From NCBI GenBank assembly GCA_038087875.1, contig CM075994.1, forward strand, positions 6,264,001 through 6,328,000: 64,000 bases of DNA, read 5' to 3'. Position 1 is the stretch's first letter. Each line of letters opens with the position of its first letter. The translations under genes were made by a program, and so were the position numbers. Below the pieces are notes generated by a model. That model ran no database searches. It was not told the DNA's origin and saw nothing but the letters and a program-made list of their open reading frames with translations. Below are positions 12,613-26,024 of the stretch, in pieces. This DNA is from Malacoraja senta. Its lineage: Eukaryota.

Positions 12613-12941
12613 TAAAAAATATATATATATTTTTGTTAGAAGTACAATAAAGTGGTACCACAGTACCTAATACTTGTTGACATATTACATTTCATATACA
12701 TTTCATGTACATTTCATATACAACTTCTTATTTTTAATTTAATAATAAAGCAAGAGTAAGGGAGAAAGGGAGAAAAGAAGAGATTGATATAGAGTGTTGC
12801 GTGAAATAGAAAGATTGGTCTACTTTACCTGCTAGAAGGAGTCGCATTTCTTCAAGATATGCCGTTTCCGACATATTTGAAATCCACATTTTGAGCGTTG
12901 GTGTTGGCGCATTTTTCCAAAATTTAAGTATGAGGTTTTTT
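12613..12941 (-). mobile_element. 5'-truncated L1 3' end inserted in the Penelope-like element
   Basis: TSD TCCCATAG(T/C)TATCTT at 12598-12612 and 12942-12956; encodes LILKFWK…MWISNM, like the L1 ORF2 C-terminus. Confidence 0.8.
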
Positions 12942-13843
12942 TCCCATAGCTATCTTGACTACACTTCTTCCCACCCAACTTCCTGTAAAAACTCTATCCC
13001 CTACTCCCAAATCCTCTGTTTACGCTGCATCTGCGCCCAGGGTGAGGTGTTCCATACCAGGGCTTCGGAGATGTCCCTATTCTTTAGGTAATGGGGGTTC
13101 CCCTCTTCCATTATAGATGAGGCTCTCACTTGGGTCTCCTGGATGTCCTGCAGCTCCGCTCTTATACCCCCTCCCCCCATTAGTGACAAGGACAGAGTCC
13201 CCCTTGTCCTCACCTTCCACCCCATCAACCGTCGCATACAGCATATAATCCTCCGACATTTTTGCCACCTCCAACAGAATTGCACAACTCACCACATTTT
13301 CCCATCTCCACCCATTTCTGCTTTCCGCAGAGACCGTTCCCTCCGAAACTTCCTGGTCAACTCACCCCTTCCCACCCAAACCACCCCCTCCCCAGGTACT
13401 TTGCCCTGCAACCGCAGGAGATGCAACACGTGTCCCTTTACCTCTCCCCTCGACTTCAACCAAGGACCCAAACTGTCTTTCCAGGTGAGGCCGAGGTTCA
13501 CCTGCACCACCTGCAACCTCATCTGCTGTATCCACTGTTCCAGGTGTCAACTTCTCTACATCGGCGAGACCAAGCGCTGGCTCGGCGATCATTTCACAGA
13601 ACACCTCGGCTCAGTCTGTCTTAACTTACCTGATCTCCCGGTGGCTCAGCACTTCAACTCCCCCTCCCATTCCCAATATGACCTCATATTTCGTTTGGGT
13701 AGTTTACACCCCAGCGCTATGAACATTGACTTCTCTAACCAGACAGCCCTTGCTTTCTCTCTCCATCCCCTTCCTCTTCCCAGTTCTCCCACTAGTTTTA
13801 CTGTCTCCCCCTACATTCTATCTTTGTCCCGCCTCCCCTTACA

Positions 13844-13880
13844 TCAGTCTGAAGAAGGGTCTCGAACCGAAACGTCACCC
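13844..13880 (+). ncRNA. Minimal hammerhead ribozyme motif in Penelope terminal repeat
   Basis: CTGAAGA-agggtctcgaacc-GAAA-CGTC (one stem II mismatch). Confidence 0.55.
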
Positions 13881-14381
13881 ATTCCATCTCTCCAGAGATG
13901 CTGCCTGTCTTATATGTGGCAGAGAATTCCACGGATTCACAACTTTCTGGATTAAAATGTTTTTCCTCATCTTGGTCCTAAATGGCCTACCCCTTATTCT
14001 TTTTTGTTGTTGTTTTTTTTTGTTTTCTTTCTTCTTTTTTTTTGTTTTGTTTATTTTATTAGATGTTAATACAATACAAAACATTACAGTGGCAACTAAT
14101 TTTAGGAGCCAACTATGTCATAACGTAATGCATTCTATGTACAACCTCTAGTTTTATGTTTTTGAAAAGGAGGTAAAAAATAAAAAATAAAGAAAGTAAA
14201 AAAAATAGAGAAAAGAAAGAGGAAAAATAAATAGTAGAAAATAGAAAAACGTGAAGTGTGTATATAAGAAAAGAAAAAATAGAAAGTAGAAATAGTAGAA
14301 AAAGACCCTTAAAAAAGAAATTTTCAAATCTTTGTTTGGAGATGTAAATCTATCCACGACCTGACCTGAAATCAGTAATCT

Positions 14382-17300
14382 TTACGGTACTGCTGCATCA
14401 CATGATTCCAAAAAGTCGATGAAAGGTGACCAACTCCTTAAGAATTGGTCATATTTATCTATTAGGCGGAGTCTCATTTCTTCTAGGTGTGCTATGTCCG
14501 TCATATTCCTAATCCACATTTTAATAGTTGGTATAGCTGTATTTTTCCAAAATTTAAGTATCAATTTCTTTCCAATTATTAACCCATAATTAAAGAATAC
14601 TTTTTGGTCTTTGTTTAAATTGCTATCTTCTGATATTATTCCAAATATAATCCATTCCATATTAGATTCTATTCTTGACTTGAAGAGCTTTGTAAATATA
14701 TCAAATATATCGCTCCAAAATGTATTCAACTTTGTACATCCTACAAATGAATGTGTTATATTGGCATTTTGAAACAAACATTTATCGCATCTGGGAGAGA
14801 CATTTGGGTAAAATTTATTCAACCTCGTTTTTGAATAATATAGTCTATGTAATAATTTAAATTGAATTAAATTATGTCTTGCATTAATGGAACAATTATG
14901 TGTATTCATCAGATACTTTTCCCATCTATCTTTCGGGATCTTTACCATTAGTTCATGTTCCCAATCTTCTCTTAGTGCCTCTGTTGAGGGTAATTCTCTA
15001 TTTAATATACTATTATAAAAATATGATATTAGTTTTTCTGAATCAGCCTTAATATTCATTGCTTTTTCTAAAGGGTCTAAAAATATAGTTTGAGATCTAT
15101 GTATATATTTCTTCATAAAGTCACATATCTGTATATATTTAAAATATTGATTATCATTCAGTTTAAATTTAAATTTTAATTGTTGAAATGATAACAATTT
15201 GCCCAGTTCATACATATCTCCTACTTTCCCAATCCCCAATCTATCCCATTGTTTATATGTTTTGTCGATAATAGATGGTTTGAATGCAGGATTATTCAGA
15301 ATTGGGGTTAATACTGATAGATTATTTAATTTCAAGGATAATTTTATTTGTTTCCAAATTCTTATTGTATTGTGAATAATTGGGTTCTTCTTATATATTA
15401 TACTATTCAATTTTATTGGTGAGAACAAGATCGTTCCTATATCGTACGGGAAACACTCCTCTTTTTCCATTCTTATCCACTCCGACTGGTGAGTTGAACT
15501 ATCCAACCAGTACATTATGTTCTTAATATGCACTGCCCAGTAGTAATACGTAAAGTTAGGTAGTGATAAACCCCCAGCTTCTTTAGGTTTACACAAATGC
15601 TTTCGTTGAATTCTGTGTGCTCTATAATCCCATATAAAATTAGTGATATTAGAATCTAGTTTTTTGAAAAAATATTTCGGAATATATATTGGGATCGCTT
15701 GAAACAAATATATTAATTGTGGTAAGAAAGTCATTTTTATAGCATTAATTCTACCTATCAATGAGAGTGGGAGCGTTTTCCAAAATTTAATCATAACATT
15801 CAATTTATTTAATAGTGGCATAAAATTGGCGCTAAATAATGATTTGTGTCCTCGTAATTTGAATACCTAAATACTTGAATTTTTCTGTTGCAATTTTGAA
15901 AGGGAATTTTAATAAGAGTCTCGCATCCTGTGGTTTTAAAGACATGATTTCGCTTTTATTCCAGTTTATTCTATATCCTGAAAAAGAACCAAATTCCTCA
16001 ATTAGTGTTAATAAGGTGGGAATACTCGTTTGTGTATTAGTAATATATAAAAGAATATCATCAGCATATAATGAAATTTTATTCTTTGAGTCCTTGGTAT
16101 TATATCCGTGAATATTCGGATGATTTCTAATCCTTTCAGCCAGCGGTTCTATCATAAGGGCAAATAGCAATGGTGATAAGGCACAACCCTGCCTATTACC
16201 CCTTGATAAATAAAATTTTGAAGATAACATATTGTTAGTTAATATCCTTGCCGTAGGTTTATCATAAAGTAGTTTAACCCATCTAATAAAATTCTCTCCC
16301 GTATCAAATTTTTCGAGTACCTTATATAATTAAATACTGCCATTCTACCTGATCAAATGCCTTCTCTGCATCCAGCGTAACGACTGAAATATCTTCAATG
16401 TCCTCTTTGTGAGAGTACATTATATTGAAAAGCCTTCTCAAGTTATTAAATGATTGTCTTTTGGGTATAAATCCCGTTTGATCCGGGTTTACCAATTTAT
16501 TAATATAATTATTCAGTCTTCTTGCTAGAATCTTTGCTAACATTTTCTGATCCGTATTTAAAAGTGATATAGCTCTGTAAGAACCCGGTTCATCTAAATC
16601 TTTATCTTTTTTTGGTATAAGCGTTATTGTTGATTCTGCTAAAGTTTCTGGTAGTTTATTTTCGGTATAAGCCTGCGTGTATAAGTTGAGTAATCTTGGT
16701 ACAAGTGACTCCTGAAAGCGTTTATAAAATTCATTACTAAAACCATCTGGTCCTGGGGTCTTCCCAATTTTCAATGAGTTTATTATTTGTTTTATTTCTT
16801 CACTAGTAATCCGTGCTCCTAATTCCTCTTGTTCTAAACTATCCAATTTAGGGAGGTTGCAAATATCTAAAAAATTTGTAATTTTACTATCATCTGTATT
16901 TATTTTAGTTGTGTATAAATTATGATAAAATTGGGCAAACCTTTTATTAATATCCTTTGGTAATGTTAGAAGCTCACCCTTATCAGATTTAATTTTAGTG
17001 ATAGTATTTTCCTTTTCTTGTTGCTTCAGTTGCCTCGCTAATAATTTATGTGGCTTATCCCCAAATTCGAAGTGTGCCTGTTTTGTAATTTGGAATAGTC
17101 TTATTACTCTACCCGATAATATTCTATTGAGTTTGTATTTCAATAAGGTTATCTTATTATGTTTATCTATAGTTGGGTCACTTGCATTGTCCAGTTCTAG
17201 TAATTTTATTTCCTGTTCTATCCTCTGAAGTTCTCTTTTATTTTCTTTATTTTGATAACTTTGATAAGAGATTATAACACCGCGAATGTATGCCTTAAAG

Positions 17301-18230
17301 GTTTCCCATAATAGCGATACAGAAATACCCGGCGTATCATTTGTCTCGAAAATTTTTTTTGTTTGTTCGGCACGGACTTGAAGGGCCGAGATGGCCTGTT
17401 TCCGTGCTGTTATGGTTATGGTTATGGTTATGGTTTTATATACTCATAACACTGCGGGTTATTTAATATTTGTGCGTTGAATTTCCCAAAACATTTTATA
17501 CCCGGCATTCCCTCGATTTTAAGTATAAAAGTCAGTGGTGAATGATCGGAAATAATACTATTATGATATGATGGTTTAATTGTATACGGGATTAATTTTG
17601 TATCCACTAAGAAATAGTCAATTCGTGAATAAGTTTTATGAGGCGACGAGTAAAACGAATATTCCCTTCCAATTGGGTTTGCTATTCTCCAAACGTCAGT
17701 TATGTTATTATTTTTTATATAAGTATTTAAAAATTCACAGGTCTTGGTTTTAACTAGACGCTTCCCTACCTTTATTCATTTATCTAAGTATGGGTCTATA
17801 ACACAATTAAAATCTCCCCCAGTATAATATTTTGATAATTATGCTCTGCAATTATATCTACTATTTTCTTAAAAAATTGGGGATTATCAAAATTAGGCGC
17901 ATAAATATTTATCATAGTTAATGGTGTATTGTAAATTTCTCCCGTGACTATAACGTATCTTCCCTCTTTATCAGATATAGACTTCTTTAATATAAAAGGT
18001 ATACCTTTCCGAATTATAATGACCGTGCCTCTTGCTTTAGAAGTGAATGAGGTTTGACCTATCCAGTTTGCCCTTAATCTGATCTGCGTTTGTTGTTTCA
18101 AATGCGTTTCTTGTAGGAAAGCAATATCAATGTTTAATGATTTTAATAGTGCCAGAATTTTACCCCTCTTAATTGGCTCATTCGCACCTCTAATGTTCCA
18201 ACTACAAAAAGTGAGACCTCCGGTGTTTAT
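14382..18230 (-). pseudogene. L1 ORF2 (EN-RT-Cys-rich), broken by frameshifts and a CR1-tail insertion
   Basis: ORF pieces 17796-18101 (EN), 16322-17143, 15832-16230 (LYADD) and 14382-15821. Confidence 0.9.
17364..17435 (+). mobile_element. ~70-bp CR1 3' tail inserted in L1 copy A
   Basis: tgttcggcacggacttgaagggccgagatggcctgtttccgtgctg(ttatgg)n matches the tail at 874-935. Confidence 0.85.
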
Positions 18231-19157
18231 TCGACTATTATCTTGTATTGGCTATTATTACTAGAATGTATAATTCATGTGATGCAGCCAAGTACCTCGA
18301 AATCCCGAGTCCAGGGTTGTCCTTCATAATTTCTGCACTAGTTTTACATCTCCTGACACTATTAAACATAATTAAGGGAAAAAGAAAAACATAAAATGAA
18401 GTGTTCATAAAGATTGTTAAATCATACAACGCATAATAGTGAATAAACAAAAAAAGTGAATGTAAGTTATCAAAAAAGCGATATCTTACAAAAAAGCCAC
18501 CTATGGTGGCTAAGATTTGTTTTAAATTGACCTCCGTCGATGGAATTATGCACTGGGCTTTGTCCCCCTAGTAAAATATCATCCAACTTGGTTTCCTCCA
18601 ATTATAACCAAAATTATCGTGTCAGGTTGATTAATAGCCAAAAAATTTAAAATAAAATAGAAGAAAAGCTAGAAGATTTACAATAAAAAAAATAGAATTA
18701 TTATCATCATTAATCAGACTTTTCATTAGCCTGTATGTTAGTTGATTCGTAATTAGTATTTAGAATATCTGTCTAACCTCCCCCATCCTTCCTACTATAT
18801 AGTTAGTCATGTTAGTATAACATTAAACATTTAGGGTTAATTGAGTTTATTGCGTATATATAATTAATTAGTTAGTTAGTTATATGCTGTATATCTAAAT
18901 AATAGATCATATAGTACTAAGACAAAGGCAGACCAACAAGACTGTTATAAATTCAAAAAAGAACAGTCAATAAAGCTCAGGGCTGAAAAACTTGGCGCAG
19001 AGCCTGCGACCTTGAACGTTCCATCTGTTGAGCCTCAGTTTTTCAATTCAAGATAAAGTTAGGACTCTGTTATTAAAAAACACGTTCTGGCCAAATAAGT
19101 ATGTCTGAAAACCGTCTAAACAAAGTAAAAAACAAGTTCAGCCGGCGTAGTGTCACG

Positions 19158-20273
19158 TTATTCTTTTCCTTGAATTTTATTTAAAATCTCCTGGGCATAT
19201 TTGCAAGCTGAATCCGGATCCGTGAATGAACGTTGCTTAGCATTGTACGTAATTAACATTTTAGCAGGGTAGATAACACCGTAACGAACTTCAGAATGTC
19301 CTTGTAAGATACTACTTGTACTTTTAAACTGGCGTCTTTTTGCCAGTATTTCCCGAGAGTAGTCTCTGTAAAATCTAACAATATTATCAGCGAATGTAAG
19401 ATTTTCTCCATAAGATATCTTCTTTAATAAATTTTCCAAAGTCGAAATGTCTAAGAACTTTACGATAATTTGACGTGGTGGAGCATTCGCTCCTCTTTGG
19501 AAGCGACCAACACGATGAGCCACATCTATCTTTGTTTTTTCTGGCAGTTTGAAAACATCTTTAAGTAAATTATTGATAAAATCACCCATTTCAGAGTCGT
19601 GCTCTGCCCCCTCTTTAACTCCTATTATTCTCAAATTCTGCCTCCTTGACCTGGCTTCCAAATCTTGACATTTCTCATTCAATTTATTCGTCAGCTCCCA
19701 ATTCGCGTCGTGTTCTTTTTTCAAACCTGTTATTTCCTGGCCCATCTGCTGCATTTCACCCTCCATCTCTTCCATCAATTTTTCCGTCTTTGTTAATTGC
19801 TTCAGCAGGGAGTCATGTTTATTGTTATAATCTCTCTGCATTCTTTCCAATTCCTTAGCAGTCCTTGACTCCAAATCTTTGAACTGCTGGTTCAGGGATA
19901 CGTAAAGTTCCTTTAATTCTCCACAGCTAGTGTCAATTTTCTTAGAGAGATTATCCTCCATTGAAGAAAAATTGTTCTGCATTGTAGAATTCATTTTAGC
20001 AAATTGCTTCTGAAGATCTTTAGTAATGTCTTTAGTAATATTAACTCTTACCGATTCTTCCCAGCTTTTCATTTCTTTCTCCCTTTCTTTTAACTCTTTT
20101 GTTTCAGCTCTTGCAGCCATTTCGACTGTTGGATGTTGAGATTCCAGCTCCTCTTCCAAACTTTCAAAGGTAGATTCAGGAGTGGTTTCAAGCTCATCCA
20201 GAGCTTTTTGGAGCTGGAGCTGGAGACTGATTGTAGTCTTCTTCGGTCCTCTCTGACCTCTTCCCTTTTTCAT
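19158..20273 (-). CDS. L1 ORF1p (coiled coil + RRM/CTD), 371 aa
   Basis: DLEARSRRQNLRIIGVKEG, AHRV, PRQIIVKF, YPAKM. Confidence 0.92.
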   Translation of the reverse strand: MKKGRGQRGPKKTTISLQLQLQKALDELETTPESTFESLEEELESQHPTVEMAARAETKELKEREKEMKSWEESVRVNITKDITKDLQKQFAKMNSTMQNNFSSMEDNLSKKIDTSCGELKELYVSLNQQFKDLESRTAKELERMQRDYNNKHDSLLKQLTKTEKLMEEMEGEMQQMGQEITGLKKEHDANWELTNKLNEKCQDLEARSRRQNLRIIGVKEGAEHDSEMGDFINNLLKDVFKLPEKTKIDVAHRVGRFQRGANAPPRQIIVKFLDISTLENLLKKISYGENLTFADNIVRFYRDYSREILAKRRQFKSTSSILQGHSEVRYGVIYPAKMLITYNAKQRSFTDPDSACKYAQEILNKIQGKE

Positions 20274-21407
20274 CCGATTTTTACCGGTAAAATCGTTTTA
20301 AATCCCGATTCCACCGGCACCGTCTGATGACATCAATACCCACGAGGTTCAGCAATCCCGGTAAGAGTTTTTAAATCGATCCTGGCGTAGGAACCGAGTT
20401 TATACATGATTTGTCGGGAGCAGAGCTCTGTGCAGCTGTCTTACTGCTTCATAGCAGCCACCGGGAGTCTACCCCTTATTCTTAAACTGTGACCCCTGGT
20501 TCTGGACTTGCCCAACATCGGGAACAATTTTCCTGCATCTAGCCTGTCCATTCCCATAATCTATATTACTAAAAGTCTAATCTAGACCACTTCCTGTTGT
20601 TCTGTATATTGATTTTAGAAAAAAAAAAATGCCACTTACGGCTGTGATTTTGGGCCATCTTACTCGGAGTCCCCCTCTGCTGCGCAGGACAAGAGGATTT
20701 TTCCCATCGATGAAAAATAAAAGCGTCATTAGTGTTTAAAAAAAGTTGAGATTCTCTCTCCTGAAGGCCACGCCCCTTCCGGAGGGACTATAAAAACCCA
20801 GAAGTGTTGAGTGCCTCAGTCAGTCTCTGCAAGATGGGGCAGCGAGAGGGTCACATCTCTCAGTCTGAGCTGTGAATAACACTGAACATATGTCTACTAA
20901 ACTGTGAGTGACTTTACTGACCTGTCAGTACCCTCAATGTGGTTTGAAAATATAGTTTGGAAATGTTGTAGTTTGGAAATAAAGCTGTGTTGCCTTTGGT
21001 TTGGAAATGCTTTTTTTTAATTTATTTTTTTATTTGTATTTTATTAGAAGTACATTACATTACAACCACATACATTAGTACTTGTCATTTATATCTTCTT
21101 ACTATTAATGTACTCCATTTATTTTTTACACTAGAAAAGGAAAAGATTGAAAGAAAGAAGAAAGTGAAGGAAAAAGTGAAAGTGTAGGAAATGTGACAAC
21201 AAAAAAGGACGAAGACCCTATAAGAGCAAAATTAAAAACAAAAGAAAAAGAGTTAAGAAATAGACCCTAGGAAAGAAAGAAAGAGAGAAAGAGGAAAAAG
21301 AGAGAAACAAATATTTTTATGAGCATTACGTAAATGGGACATACCAACTCTTCAACTATCATCCCCCCTTACCTGACCTCAATTTTTTTTTAAAGTACTT
21401 TTGCACC

Positions 21408-24400
21408 CTATGTTTGTAATAATTCTATAAATGCAGACCACGTCAGGTGGAAGTGATCTGGTTTACCTGCTAGGAGGAGTCTTATCTCTTCTAGGTGTAA
21501 TGTTTCAAACATATTTGAAATCCACATATTTATAGTTGGTATTGGAGCCTTCTTCCAAAATTTTAGAATTAGCTTTTTTCCAGTTATTAACCCATAGTCC
21601 ATTAGTTTCTTTTGAAACACATTTAGTTCTGGACCATCTTCCGTTATACCGAAGATAATCCATTCTGCTTTGGGTATCAGTCTTGTTTTAAATAACTTTG
21701 TAAAGATTTCAAAAATTTAATTCCAAAATTTTTGAATTTTTGTACAAGAAACGAATGAGTGCGTTATGGTAGCTTCTTGGGATTGACATTTATCACAAAT
21801 AGATGATACATTTGGGAAAATTTTATGAATTTTAGTTTTCGAATAATATAATCTATGTAAAATTTTAAATTGTATTAAAGTGTGTCTTACATTAATCGAG
21901 CATTTATGCACGTTTAATAAGTATTCATTCCAACTTTCCTTTGAAATTTTAATAGCTAACTCTTGTTCCCAGTCTCTTCTGATACCCTCCGTAGATGGTA
22001 TTTGTGCATTTAAGATAATATTATACAAATATGATATTAAGTTTGCTGATTCCGCTTTTATCTGCATTGCCTCGTCCAGTACATCTGCTGGGTTATTATG
22101 ATGATCTTTTGTATATTTTTTCAAATAGTCGCATATTTGAAAATATGTAAAATATTGATTATTTCCGAGTTTATATTTTATTTGTAATTGTTGAAATGAA
22201 AGTAATTTTCCAGTTTCATACAAGTCACCAAGCGTTTTAATTCCTAATCTATCCCATTGTGTATAAGCTTTATCTATAATAGAAGGATTAAACGAAGGGT
22301 TATTGACTATAGGTAATAAAAGTGATAAATTTCTTCATTTTAAATTTTGTTTTATTTGTTTCCAAATTCGGATTGTACTATGAATAATTGGGTTCTTATT
22401 ATAATTTATGTTATTCAATTTCATTGGAGAGAGGAGGATCGCTCCAATGTTTCTAGAGGAGCAATCCTCTTTCTCCATTACAATCCAGTCCGCTTGCTGG
22501 GCGGAGTTATCCATCAGTTGAATCATATTTTTAATATTTACTGACCAATAATAATACATAAAATTAGGTAGTGCTAAACCCCCTAATACTTTAGGTTTAT
22601 TCAGATGAGTTTTTTGTATTCTATGTGATTTATAGTCCCATATAACATTAGTGATATCTGAGTCGAGTTTTTTAAAAAACTTCTTTGGTAAGTATATAGG
22701 AATTGATTGAAATAGGTATAAAATTTGTGGTAAAAAGATAATTTTTATTGCGTTTATTCGGCCTATTAAAGACATCGGGAGCGTTTTCCAGAATTTAATT
22801 AGTGTGTTTAATTTATTAAGTAAGGGGTCAAAATTTGCTCTAAACATACCTTGATATGATCTGGTAATTTCGATTCCCAAATATTTAAATTTTTCTGTAG
22901 CTATTTTAAAAGGGAATTTTAAAAGATGTGTTGAATCTTTCGGTTTTATTGACATAATTTCACTTTTATTCCAATTTATTCTATATCCAGAAAAAGATCC
23001 AAAATCTTCAATTAAATTTAATATATTTGGTATAGTGATTTGAGGTTTTGTAATGTACAGTAATATATCATCCGCGTATAAAGATATTTTATTATATGAA
23101 TCTTTAGTATTATATCCATGGATATCAGGGTGTATTCTAATTTTTTCTGCTAGCGGTTCAATAATGAGAGCAAACAGTTGTGGTGATAATGAGCATCCTT
23201 GTCTATTTCCCCTTGATAGTTGGAATTTCGAGGATAATATGTTATTAGTTAGTATTCTAGCTGTAGGTTTGTTATATAGTAACTTGATCCATAGAATAAA
23301 ATTCTCCCCCAGTTGAAATTTTTGTAATACTTTGTCCATATAATTCCATTCTACTTGATCAAATGCTTTTTCAGCATCCAGCGAAATAATTGATAATTCT
23401 TGATCTTCAGATTTGTGTGAGTGCATTATGTTGAGTAGACGTCTCATATTGTTAGATGAGTATCTCTTAGCGATAAACCCCGTCTGATCTGGGTTTATTA
23501 ATTTACTAATGTATTTACTTAATCTTCTAGCTAATGTTTTCGCTAATATTTTTTGATCTGTGTTTAACAATGCTATAGCTCTATATGAACCAGGTTCTTC
23601 TAAGTCTTTATTTTTCTTAGGTATTAATGTAATCGTTGATTCCGCTAATGTATCAGGTAGTATTCGTTTTTTAAAAGCATATTGGTACATTTTTTGTAAT
23701 CTTGGTATTATTTTATCGTAAAAGCTTTTATAAAATTCATTAGTAAATCCGTCAGGGCCTGGTGTTTTTCCATTCTTTAGTGAGTTTATTGTATCTTCTA
23801 ATTCCTTAATTGAGATTTGTGCACCCAATTCCTCTTGTTCCTTCAGTTCTAACTTTGGAAGATTACAGGTATCCAAGAACTTTGTGATATTATTGGAATC
23901 AATTGTCGTTTTAGATGTATACAAATTCTCATAAAATTGCGCAAATCTATTATTAATATCCTTTGGTGTTGTTAATAATTCCCCTTTATCTGATTTGATG
24001 TTTGGTATAGTATGTTCCTTTTCTCGTTTTTTTAGCTGGCGAGCCAAAGGTTTATGCGGTTTATCCCCAAATTCAAAGTGCTCTTGTTTTGTAATTTGAA
24101 AAAGTCTTATAAGTTTGGCAGATAATAATTTATTTAATTTAAATTTAAAAATTATTATTTTATTATGTTTATCTATTGATGGATCTTTAGCATTATCTAT
24201 ATCCATTTGTCTAATAAGTTCTTCTAACTGTCTTTGTTCATTCTTATTCTTTTCATTTTGAAAAGCTTGATATGAAATTATAATACCCCTAATGTATGCT
24301 TTAAAAGATTCCCATAATACAGTAGGCGATATATCTGGAGTATCATTTATTTGAAAAAAGACCTCCATTTGTTCTTTTAAATATATACTCGCTTGTGGAT

Positions 24401-25199
24401 CTTTTAGAATTTGAGAATTAAATCTCCAAAACGATTTATTCTTAGACAATCCTTCCAGTTTTAAAAAGAAAGTTAGTGGAGAATGGTCTGAAATCGAGTT
24501 TGTGTGGTATATTGCATTAGATGTTTGGGGGATTAATTTTGTATCCAGCAGAAAGTAGTCTATACGTGAGTATGTCTTATGTACCATTGAGTAAAACGAG
24601 TATTCCCTGCCAGTTGGATTAACAATTCTCCAAACATCTGCTATATTAGTGTTGTTTATATAGGTATTGAGAAGTTCCCCAGTTTTCGATTTCATATTCA
24701 CTCTCTGTTTTTGACTTGATTTATCTAAGTACGGATCTAAAACACAGTTAAAGTCTCCTCCTATTATAACATTTTGATAGTTTGACTCTGCAATTATGTT
24801 GAAAATTTTATTGAAAAAGTGGGGGTTATCAAAGTTAGGGGCATATATATTTACCAAAGTAAGTGGAGTATCATGGATTTCTCCATTAACTATTAGGTAT
24901 CTCCCTTCTATATCTGTTATAATATTCTTTGCTTTAAATGGTATACCTTTTCTTATGATGATTGACGTGCCTCTAGATTTTGAAGTAAATGAAGAATGGT
25001 ATGTTTGACCTATCCATTTCGCCCTCAACCTAACTTGATCCTGAGATTTTAGGTGTGTTTCTTGTAGGAAGATAATGTCGGAGTTGTACAATTTCAGCTG
25101 AGCTAGTATCTTACCCCTTTTAATAGGTTCGTTAATACCTCTTATATTCCAACTACAAAATGAGATTCCTCCTAGGTTCTTTTGTGTGGTGTCATGCAT
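21408..25199 (-). pseudogene. L1 ORF2, one frame of 1264 codons with two nonsense codons (22335-37, 21717-19); first 954 aa contain complete EN and RT
   Basis: SWNIRG, LQETH, GGDFN, SRIDY, SDH, LDAEKAFD, RQGCSLSP, LYADD; downstream ORFs 21717-22223 and 21408-21620 are in the same frame. Confidence 0.93.
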
Positions 25200-26024
25200 T
25201 TTTAATAATTATAGTACCTTTAAATCTTGTGGTGCATCCAAATCCCAGGTCTATAGGTATTGGGGGAGCTTTTGAGTTTTTAAGTTTTGCTGTTATGTCC
25301 ATTTTACGCTTATCACTAAACACAAAACACAAACAAGTGATTTTATGTGATAAAAAAAAAACTAAAAAAGTGAAGATACAGTGTCTGATATAGTCGGCAC
25401 TGTAGCGAGTGTCCCACCTGTAGGTGGGAAAAAACCTTGTTTTGACTTCCATTGCATTGTTACACAAATAGCTCCGCTCTCTTGGTTAATCATAACATAT
25501 TATAATATTAAAACGGGGCCTCACATTCAGATATATAATACACTTTTACCCTGTATGTTTCATTGTAACATATATATATATCGGAATTTTAACTACAGAT
25601 TATTAAACCGATACTTTTGACTTCAATAAGAATCAACTGATGGTTGAAGGGGTTAACGAGACGTGCCCCTGGACCTAAGCCAGTTGCTCGTTTCTCATCC
25701 CCTCCTCCCACTTATAGATAAGGTTTCAGTTTATTAAAATTCATATTAGTATGTTAGTTCGTTATTTTTTATTTTTGTTTTTATTAGTATTCTAATCTAA
25801 CATGCATAACTTATTAAGTTGTTAATAGGATAAGTTCTTACAATTGGTTATAATATTATAATCTAATAAGCAATTATATGCTTTCTGGTATATACCATTG
25901 CCATCTGTTCAGTTGTTTACTCGTTTTGAACAGAAAGTGTCCTTGATTCAACATTCCGAAGATAACAGTGTAACTATCCCCAGACAAAGCATTGCTTAAA
26001 ATGGTTCAGATCTCCCTTTCCTTT

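Larger units (their letters stand above)
11803..13908 (+). mobile_element. Penelope-like element (RT + GIY-YIG), degenerate
   Basis: YLLPKIHK, PGRPIVS, MDVQSLYTSI, YIGETKR…EH; terminal CTGAAGA…GAAACGTC motif. Confidence 0.9.
14002..20468 (-). mobile_element. Full-length L1 LINE (copy A)
   Basis: TSD CTACCCCTTATTCTT at 13987-14001 and 20469-20483; 5' end GACTCCCGGTGG; poly-A-type tail; ORF1 intact, ORF2 frameshifted. Confidence 0.95.
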